Source of the DNA: Enoplolaimus lenunculus
Taxonomy: Eukaryota
Assembly (NCBI GenBank): GCA_030248215.1
Contig: JASANG010000273.1
Span: 738,985-758,984 of the forward strand
Reading direction: 5' to 3'
Length of the DNA: 20,000 bases
The position numbers and the translations under genes were made by a program. Positions 10,520 through 20,000 of this stretch are shown here, piece after piece. The notes under the pieces were generated by a model. The model was not told where the DNA came from and ran no database searches. It saw only the letters and a list, made by a program, of their open reading frames with translations. The stretch's first letter is position 1, and each line of letters starts with the position of its first letter.

Positions 10520-10851
10520 TAAACACTGTACAATTCGATGAAACTTTGATTATAAAATCTAAAAATGTATTACAAGTATATAGATTTCAGTTGTTTTTAA
10601 TCATATTCTTAACGCTGCATACCACAATTTTATAAGCTTAGGTTTAAAATGAAGAAAATATTTTTTATCAAATTTAGAAATTTTGCGAAAAAATTCGCAT
10701 TTACACTCACTTATTATTTACTTAAAATAAGTTGTTACTACTGTGAGTTTCGGTTCTAAACTTAATGTTACCTATTTTTGGCTAATTGGGCATTTTTTCC
10801 AAAAAAGACTTATACTCATTTGTTATTTGCCAGGTCCATTGCTAATATGTT

Positions 10852-10857
10852 TTTATT
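10852..10857 (-). terminator. Polyadenylation signal of the - strand gene copy
   Basis: Mirror of 7521-7526 (tttatt on +). Confidence 0.6.
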
Positions 10858-10903
10858 CTTCTTACAGAACGAGGCGAACGTGCAGCCAACCGCAGTGGTG
10901 TTT

Positions 10904-13900
10904 TTAGCGTTTGGCGTTTTGTAGTTTCTTTTCTTCGCGTTTGATTTTTGTGTCAGTTTTCCGTTCTGGTTTCACTTTTTCTTTGTAAATGGCTCTAAGT
11001 TCTCGCTTTTGTGGCCCTGATAGGAATTTGTTGATTTTGCGCATAATGTATTGTAACACTGCCGGATAGGAATCAACAATGCCATACATTGCACGAGCTG
11101 ACGCAGCATTCGGTACATTTCTAAAATTTAAGGTCAATTTTCGCAAATGTATATTTCGCCCTACAAAGTTAACGAATCGTGACAAAAATAAAACGTTTTC
11201 AAAAAGTAAACGCTTCTTATCAAATCACAAACCTGAACCTAAGCTGAAGCCGTGAACCTTACGGCTAATCTATACAATAGGGATGTAACACTAGTATAAG
11301 CAAATTTCTAAGCGTAATCCTATGCCTATTAAGCCTAGGCCTAAGCAAAAAATTACTCTTGCGCAATGCAATTCTATTTCTACTTATTATAATGAATTGG
11401 ATTTTTTGCCTATGTTTATCATGAATAAATAGCAGCTGCAAGTACTCGGAATCACTTTTCAAAAAATGGGAGTTACACAAAATTTCTTGAGTTGAAAATA
11501 ATTTCAAAACAAACTGTTTCTCATCAGTGCTAGGTAGATGCAAAACTAGTCCACTCGGTATTGCCGTCACTGCCAAATATCAGACAAATTGGATATATAT
11601 TTGAATTAATTCACGCTTCTTGCCTATATTGAAAAGTTTGAATTAAAACGCTTAACTAACTGGTTAAACGCTTAATAACCTGGTTTCCAATTGACCAAAC
11701 AATTACAGTTTCAATAAATTCCACAGACTTGCAACTTTATTTACATGTGTGAATTAAATTTAATAGCATGAAGTTTCGAGTAACGCCCATTGTTTTCAAA
11801 AATTCATCCGGAGAACATGCAGCTGCAATTTATCTATGATGAATATACGCAAAGAATTAATTCATATATAGCCTTGCAAGTCGAATTAATTTGTAACATT
11901 GGCTGTACTAAAATATAGATTATGATTGATATTTATCGCAATCGTCTGTAAATTATTCATATAACTTTATGTCAAGATTCAGAATAAAAGTTAAATTCCT
12001 TTAATTACTTTCAGCTACAGGTCACTCTTGCAAATTGCAGCAGCGGAATTTAGCCCTAATATTATACCGCAATTAAGAACCAGTCACTCTTGCAAATTTC
12101 AGCTGCGTGTTCTCGCTGCAAAAAACACGCATGTGTGAATAGTTCTTGAAGATTAGGGCTGAATTTCAACGCAGTGCTAAGCTTAGCCAAATCCTAAACG
12201 AACATTCTACAAATCATGTAAGTCTTTGTTGCTCATTAAAATTCGTCTTAAGTCATGTACCTACAATACCATATTGTGACAATTCTATAAAACTTACGTT
12301 GGTTCGGTAGCGTTAATTCTCGATCTAAAACAAAAATACTTTAATAAAAATTGTTGTCGCATACGTTGTTTTTAAGCATAACAGAAACATGGCTGTTGTA
12401 GCTGACACCCCTACCCAAAATTGGACGATTGCACACGCTCGTCGTCTAGACAGTAATTTGTACAAATTTGATCAGAAATGCAACCAACGTTCCATTTTAC
12501 AGGCGCAGCATCATTATTTAAACATTCTTCGTAATCCTAAGCCGAAGCTGACGTCTCGGCGTAAAGATAAGTGCAAGCATCAACCTATAAAACGCTGCTG
12601 AGGTTTTTCGAATAGCTCACAATTGCAGCAAAAACACTGGTACTTAAAGGTCTCTGGATATTTCAAATTCCGTATTCTATTGAGGGCCTATGCGCTGGGT
12701 CGATATTCTTAAATGTGGGTAGCACCAATAATCAATTAATGATAGGTTTTGTTAGTTTCGAACCATATGATTGATGAAGTTTAAAATTCAGCACATTTTT
12801 TGCGTTCGATTTGTCCTACCTAATTGCAGCGGTTCGTCTGTTTGAAAACTTATCGCTAATTGGTGACAGGCGCTGTACTGTACACACATTTGAGAATACT
12901 GGATATACCAGAATAAGAAGAGGGAGGTAATGTTTACAGTCCGCGAAGTTTTAGTGTGCATCAATCGGAGTCTATTTAATTGGAGTCCGTAAAATGGATA
13001 GCGTCCAAAACTACTTAGTCCATAAACGCCAGTTACAGTAATGGTATTGCGTAGATGCTTTCTGAACCAAGCTAATTTCAGTACAGAATATGATTCGTTA
13101 CTCAACATACCAAGGTTACCTATATTTATAACTGCAAACTCAAGTCTTAAACGTACATTCGTTTAGAACTGAACATAAACTACAAAAAAATAGATGGCAT
13201 ACTTTAATGGAATGATGTCTAAATAACAATTGCTGAATTGAAAAATAAATAATAGTCTGGAACCGGACAGCGAGGGGGTCCCTTAAAGAGAAGCGAAATA
13301 AATTCTGGGGTTACGCAGACACATACGAATAGGAAGAATAAGTCGAAAACTTACTCAGCAAGTGATGCCAATCCAATTTGAATGAAGTTAAGTTTTGACT
13401 CATAATCGCTTCGAACGTCGGTCGTCATAGAAGGAACGTGTTCTGCAGTGTCAATGGTGAATGCTGCAGCTTGTTTGAATAATTCAGGCTGAGATTTAAC
13501 CAATTCGACAGTGGCGTTTGATTGTAAAAAGCTGTCGGTCGCGATTGAGCGACACGCTTCGTCATTTGAGTATCTAAAGATTTTAAAAAAATGTTGGCGA
13601 ATTGTGTCAAAAATAAAACGTTATTTTAGACGCTTTTTCTCGTGTACAATGAGCATCTTTCAAACAATTTTTTTGCATATGGAAAATTCTGGAATGAATT
13701 GCTAGCGTAGCTAATTAGATATTGAAAGTAAGCGCTTTATAAGATTGTAAAAACGTCATTTTAACGGTATAAATACATTTTTTCTGAAGACGCAAAATGT
13801 ATGTATCATTTTAGACACTAGACTTTAAATTTTATGAAATTAATCTGTACAGAAGGCATACAAGGCACGTCCGAAAAAACACATGGCCAAATCAGTACAG

Positions 13901-16900
13901 GCCTAGTGTGGTGAAACAAAAAACATGAATTTTATGATTAATAGTTTCGTCCTTTTTAACAAATCTTGACATAATCCTTGGACTCACCAAAGACTTGATC
14001 TACAACTGTGTGGGCTAGTGATCGCAAATGATGGGGACTTTTGAATCAATTAGTGGTGAGCCTCGAAATTTACTACATTTATTTTACTCTACTAATCCTT
14101 CTTTGTGACATTTTAGGTCCGCCCCATTCTCAGTTCGTTTGTTTCATTACCTATTACTAACTTTCAGGATGTAACAACCGGGTATTCGCTTCTGTTTTCA
14201 GTGAAAATCTATATAACACCGTTTCCGTTATACAGATACCGGAAATTTCGTTATTTGAATGATCATAATTGCTTGTATAATCTCGTGTTTAATTTTTCAT
14301 TACTCGAATGCTCAAATATAAAATACTGCTCCAAACTTACGTTCGGCCGGTACCAGATTGCCGCTTGCGGCGTTTTTTAGCTCCACCAAACGTCTCCAGT
14401 GACAATCCAGACGCTTTGAATTCTTTCATGAATTGTTTGGCCAAATCTTTGACAGCTTTCAATTCTGCTTTTTTCTCTTTGGTTAATTTTCGCTTTTTCG
14501 CAGCTACCAGAGTTTCCTTAGACGCGCACGATGCCAGCAAAACCATTAACGTTCCGTTATTTGTTATCCTTTCTCTGTAGTGAATATCGTAAGCACGCAA
14601 GATATATTAAGTGTACGCTAAACTTGTGCTCTAAACTCAGGATGGTGCAGACACGATTTAGATGGTTCAATAATGTTTTGTTGTAAGTACTACTTGCTTG
14701 GTATTGTTATTGTGGGATGCATCGGTTCGCGTAAATATCAGGGGCGGAATGTTTTTCTATGGGTCTGGTATAGAGTAAGCTTAAGGTTTAGACTAATTTT
14801 TTCCTTAGGCTTAGGCTTAGGAATATGCTTATACTATTGTTTTTTGCATCTGTTCTATGCATTGGCCGTTGGAAAATACATCTTATTAAATTTTAGCTTT
14901 ATTCGCTTCTTGGTTATTAGACTGTTCAAAGGTTTTTGCAGATATTCAGTTAAACCTACCTGATTTTCTTGTAAAATGTGCTTTTTCTTGTCTCTAAAAA
15001 TTTCGCAAAGCAAAATATTTAACCTAATTCTTCAAGCTTATATCTGCTCCCGTCTCATTCTGTGGCGGAATACATCAAAATCACCACTTACGCGGAAGCG
15101 TACAGCCTTTCGTTAACACGTTTTTGGAATTCTATTTGCTCGTTTAGAATATATTGAGAACCAACGATTTCATTGGCCGTCCCAGTGGAGTTAATTTTTT
15201 GAACCGCAACTGCAACACGTGTAGTTTCATGAATCGTTACATGATTGACTTCTTGCGTCGACAGCATTTTATCCGTTGTCACATTGTTTTCATTGGCATC
15301 CAACGAAATCAAATCACAAAAACTCGTTTCGATATCGTCTTGAACGTCCGCGCTACAACATAGAAACAAAACAAAAATGAAGAATTTTGCTACACGCATA
15401 CGTGTAATGCAACTTTCACAATATCATGCGCACACCAGGTAGGTGAGCGAACTGAAGCTTTTTTGGTTTTAGTGTTCATCACACTTAATTCCCCCTCAAA
15501 GGTCACCTAGTGTACGCATGATATTGTGGAAGTTGCATAATAATTGGGAAATATTGCTACTATTGTATTCAATACATGTACATTTTAAATATGCCCCAGA
15601 GGGTTAAAGATTGTGTTACCGGTTCAATTTGTTTTCGTTTCAACTGAATGTTATACACAATTAAATATTCAAACTTTGTCAGCAATTGATTTTTATTTTA
15701 ACGCCTTGTATTATTCGAAACGGTAGTTTCATCCCAACCGTTGCTTTGAAATCAAAATAAACCTAATCATAACAACGTTTATTGTCAACTTACGCAGTTG
15801 TTTCCGCTGCACTAAAACAAAACAACATAGAAACGGGTATTAAATTTACAACTATTCTAGCGAAAAATTTGCACGGATGCGAGCCAGGGTTCATGTACGG
15901 CATAGCAATAATGATATTACCCAGGGTTTCAATCGGAATAAGATTTAGGAGGAATTGGAGTCGGAATTGACATTTTGGCACAATCGGAATTGCAATGTAA
16001 GTTTTGATACTCATTTTATTATTTGGGGGAAAATTTTTGAAAACATTGAATTTTTTTGTTTGTAGCAAAAAATTTCAAACGCAAGCATATGTCCTAAACG
16101 GTGCAGGACCAGGTTTTATTGCATTCAAGTACGAAACACAGAAAGGTTTTTGCTTATGTATTGTTCATCAACTCTTCAACTCAAAATGTTAAGAATGTTG
16201 ACACAAAACCAAAAATTCGAATTTCCGATATAAAAATTTCACTTGGTCGGAATCGGAACATAAATTTTGCTATGTTTGCCGGAATCTGAATTCCTTTGAA
16301 ACGGTGGCATTACCACACAACAGAAGTATGAGAACTACCGCATGATAGTTTAAAGATAGAAGACGTAAAATTCGCATATTTACGGTTATATATAATTCAC
16401 TGATGTTAAATTTTCTTAATTTTTGTATACACAGCAAAAAATGGTGAGTCCAATTGACTCGCTCCGAAGTAGGCTTTTTGGGATTGCACAAACTGAGTCA
16501 TATTCGACTATGCCATAGTCAAATTCGACTCTAAAGATAGAAGACGTAAAATTCGCATATTTACGGTTATATATAATTCATTGATGTTAAATTTTCTTAA
16601 TTTTTGTATACACTGCAAAAAATGGTGAGTCCAATTGACTCGCTCCGAAGTAGGCTTTTCGGGATTGCACAAACTGAGTCATATTCGACTATGCCATAGT
16701 CAAATTCGACTCAGGTGAGTCGAATTTGACTCTGGCGGAGTCGAATATGACTCAGTTTTTGTAGTGCGGATAAGGCTATTTCGGAGAGAGTGAATTTGAC
16801 CACTATTTTTTTGCATTGTAGATGTCTTCATAGTGCTAACTGGCATTTGAGCCTCTTGAGCTTTAAACAAATATCAAAAGTTATAATAGCATATAAAGTG

Positions 16901-18856
16901 TTATATTTCTTATGTATAATGACCCGAATAAGAGGGGGACTGATATTCATTTGACCTCTCCAGAGGGTACCCAGCACTGTTATTCGATTATGGTCTATTA
17001 TTTATTTTTAACCCCCGCTCCGCCACCCTTCGTTACTGATATACGTCCGGTACTGTAACTGTCCGTTCAATTAAACGTTTATTTGTCTTGTGTCAATAAC
17101 TTGAGAGGTAATGCAAAGTTACACTTAGGAATGTAGTTTCAAAACTTATGTACGGTTTAAAGTTTCGAACTCTACTTCTACAGTTAATTGACATTTACGG
17201 ACCCTAGTTAGAGTTAAGGGACTGTATCCGCTTACAGACTTTTATCAGGGATGCGCACACCTATTGATGGGGACCCAAAATGGCGATCCCCTCTAATTAC
17301 CCCCCTCTTATTCGGGTCACTACAGTATTATGAATCTAGAAATTCCTTTAGAAACAGATGGTACATGCTCTAAAACGCATCATTATGTATGCACAATTAC
17401 AGTAACCATCCGTAATTTCCAACACTAAATTCGCCAGTCTAAAGTTTATCAGCAGTATCGGATACAGAACGATGAACAAAGTATGCGACTAACGCGGTTT
17501 GAATGGTAAAAATGTAACCGTATGTTGTGTTTTTGGCGACCCTCTGATTGAGGGGGGTTGTTCAACAGTCTTGCTCACAATATTTAACTTTCTAGAACGA
17601 TAAACGAAGTAACTCGTGATCATTATGCGTACGTATAGAATGTAATATGCAGCCAATCGATCAAAACGAGTTAAGGCCAAAAAAAGCAACACGGGCTGGG
17701 TACATGCTTTTCTACGTATATGTTAATAGCATCCATTATCCACTCTTGCTACAACTAAGCCTGAGCTTAGTCAAAGCTATCGCCTGTGCCCCGAGCGCAA
17801 GTAACATCAGTGGCGCAGAGTTTAAGCAAACATGGTTCGAAATATTTTTTAATTTCAAAAGTAATTTGGTTACGAAAAATTAAAAATAAAAATAAATAAA
17901 AAAGAATTAAAATTACGTTGTCGAAGCTGTAATTTCAGTATTGAACGTAGTTATTTTTGCTGAAGTTGTTGATGTTGGTACTGTTATTGGTTCAGATGTT
18001 GTCGTTGACGACGTTAATATTGTTGTTATAATTTCTGGTATTGGAGTTGCATCGAATCTTAAATACATTAATGTATATAGTGGTTAACTTTTAACTAATG
18101 AAAATTTCTTCTATTTCATTTGAGATCTAATTTCAAGCTATAATGCGGACTTTGGAGACTGGAGTAAACTTATTTTTCAAATTCTGAATCGAGCACGTTC
18201 CGTTAGGTTGGTAGCTATTTACCAGCACCACTTAGCCATAGGGATATGACGCTCAAGCCTGATGTGGCTCTTACATTTTATAAAGCCATGTTAAAGAGTC
18301 AAGGCAGATTTGCTCCCAAAAACCAACGAAAATTACTTAGCTAGTGCTGTTTAAAGTGTAGTTCAAAAGCTTATAGCATTGTTTGGTTTATGCAAGATAG
18401 AAAAATATATTTTTTTCGCAGTGTTTTTAAGATTTGGGTGATTGCGTGATCTTTGTTTGGAGATGCTGTAGACCATAAATATTTACATGATTAGGACTGT
18501 TATAGATTTTCACATTCAAGCCTAAGGTTTGGACAAATCACCCATTGATCGCCAGTCTAAGCTGTTTGCAGCACCTATTACCATTTAACGACAGGTCTTG
18601 TAATTTTTCGGTTACTAAAATGTTGGGTTCAAAATTTAGCTTGCTGAATTTAAGCGAATGACGCCAGTTCCTGCTAATTTCTGGCTTATTGTTTGGGAAT
18701 AGATTGATTGTTTCATACCAAGTAATTGCCAACTGGGTGATACGTGCTACACACTTTAAGAATGTTGCTGGTTTAAGCTTACTGTGCAGTATTTTGTTGA
18801 ACACGCGATAAAAGCAGTACTATTGCTACAAACAAATTTACAATTGAATGAACCAT
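10904..18856 (-). CDS. Complete 8-exon gene for a 396-aa secreted glycoprotein of unknown family (signal peptide, Thr/Ser-rich segment, RRKR site, basic C-terminus)
   Basis: Exons on the minus strand: 18856-18783, 18057-17917, 15811-15794, 15352-15092, 14574-14341, 13573-13355, 12324-12298, 11120-10904. All introns are GTAA..AG and phase 2, and the spliced frame is open for 1191 nt. The ATG sits in a caaaATGg context. Translation: MVHSIVNLFVAIVLLLSRVQQNTA-QFDATPIPEIITTILTSSTTTSEP...AAETTAADVQDDIETSFCDL...KKRRKRQSGTGRTYSNDEAC...SRINATEPTNVPNAASARAM...KKLQNAKR*. Confidence 0.88.
15922..16306. mobile_element. Mirror copy of the hAT-like MITE
   Basis: Reverse complement of 2074-2458. Confidence 0.68.
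16609..16820. mobile_element. Mirror copy of the palindromic MITE (10 bp longer)
   Basis: Reverse complement of 1570-1771. It retains the ctctccgaaat segment missing in the left copy. Confidence 0.75.
16913..17325. mobile_element. Mirror copy of the Tc1/mariner-like MITE
   Basis: Reverse complement of 1066-1477. The TIRs match each other slightly better in this copy. Confidence 0.72.
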
Positions 18857-19272
18857 TTTGAATAATTTTAAGTTGTAATTAGGATAATAATTAATAATTG
18901 AGCACAGATATCAGTTGAGCAGAGTGAGTTCAGTAATAAGCGAAAGAAACAGCAGTGATAAAACACTAAATGAGTTTTATTATTTTCTAAAATAGTGAAC
19001 ACAATATATTGCAAGATTAACTAAGTGAAAATTTAAAATTTAACTTGCACTTTGAATTTAATGCCTTGAGCAGTTTGAATTTAAAATTCCAATTTACCAA
19101 TAGGTTAAATGGTACATGTCACTTTCCTGTTTGCATTTTTAAAATAAAACGGTTCTGATAATTAAAAAATTTTATTTTCAAACCTTGTACATAGTACAAT
19201 GTGGACGTTGACGGGATGAAGTATATAATGAGGCAGTGGTGAATCCAGAAGTTTCCAATGGATAAGGCTGTT

Positions 19273-19993
19273 GCACATATATTTCAAGGACACGTAGGGA
19301 GTGTGACCAGGAACTATATTTCTGGTTTTTTGGTACTCAAAAGTCTGGTATTTGGTGGATGGGTACAGATCTAGAATCTGAGGGAACTGGTGCAATAAAT
19401 GATTGATTACTTTGTTGCAGTTGTTCGTTTCAGTCGTTATTTTATTATCTAAATGGAAGCTTAAGTTGAGTGAATATAATTAGCAACACGCTTCGTGGTA
19501 TGATTATGGCATTTGGTCGATGGGTAGGATTAAAAATATGAGGAAATACTGGTGCAATAAATCATTAGTTATTTGTAAGTTGTTCATTTCAGTCGTTATT
19601 TTATTATCTAAATCGAAGCTTTAATTGTAAATATAGTTAGCAACACGCTAGTAGTATAATTGCCAAAAAGTTCGTCATTTTTCATTAAAAGTATTCATCT
19701 TGACTTAATACTTTTTATTAGCTTTGTACTTGTATCAAATTAAAGTTTACATTATAACCAGAATGCGCCAGTTTGTCTATAACGTCTGCAGGACCAGAAC
19801 TATTACCTCTAAATACTGGAGGTCGTTCTCTGTACGCTAGGATTGTGTTTCTGCAAATGTTGAGTGCTCGGCACATATATTTCAAGGACACGTAGCGAGT
19901 GTGAGAGGAAACTATTTCTGGTTTTTTGGTACTCAAAAGTCTGGCATTTGGTCGATGGGTACAGAATCTAGAATCTGAGGGAACTGGTGCAAT
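19273..19993 (+). repeat. Cluster of diverged direct repeats upstream of the minus-strand gene
   Basis: 19273-19396 resembles 19871-19993 (gcacatatatttcaaggacacgtag...gggaactggtgcaat). 19346-19492 resembles 19507-19649 (tgg(t/c)atttggt...tagcaacacgct). Confidence 0.85.
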
Positions 19994-20000
19994 TACTATA

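Larger units (their letters stand above)
9847..18385. repeat. Right arm of giant inverted repeat (may extend further; its partner would lie outside the window)
   Basis: Reverse complement of 1-8532. Coordinate sums step from 18379 to 18386, exactly matching the observed indels. Confidence 0.98.

Noticed and set aside
684..17883. Remaining short ORFs in the track (e.g. 684-902, 5273-5593, 6802-7113, 7867-8144 and mirrors)
   Set aside because: They are intronic or MITE-derived, often have TTG starts, show no recognisable domains, and several are frameshifted between the arms.
1..18385. Whole structure as a giant Foldback/TIR transposon or viral terminal repeat
   Set aside because: No transposase, integrase or viral ORF is visible, and the arms consist of an ordinary intron-rich host gene. 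The outer ends are not visible, so TSDs cannot be tested.
18538..18804. ORF with LRR-like LQDLSLNGN motif (and weaker LRR-like words in the ORFs at 19162-19936)
   Set aside because: It lies mostly in intron 1, overlaps exon 1 in a different frame, and shows no regular LRR periodicity. Probably chance.

Overview
This is AT-rich eukaryotic DNA, probably from an invertebrate. Scattered TTAGGC-like hexamers weakly hint at a nematode. The window is dominated by a giant inverted repeat: the left arm (1-8532, cut off by the window edge) mirrors the right arm (9847-18385) at about 99.6% identity by my by-eye count. The arms flank a 1.3-kb spacer that holds a 22 x 23-bp tandem array. Each arm carries a copy of a spliced gene that the ORF track misses, and the copies are arranged tail-to-tail. 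The minus-strand copy is complete, with 8 exons and all 7 introns in phase 2. It encodes a 396-aa secreted protein: signal peptide, Thr/Ser-rich mucin-like segment, then two apparently related ~150-aa units separated by an RRKR furin-type site. I do not recognise the family. The introns and the 3' flank contain several MITEs (Tc1/mariner-like, hAT-like, PIF/Harbinger-like). The spacer edges keep decayed mirror homology, which suggests an old palindrome whose arms are homogenised by gene conversion.
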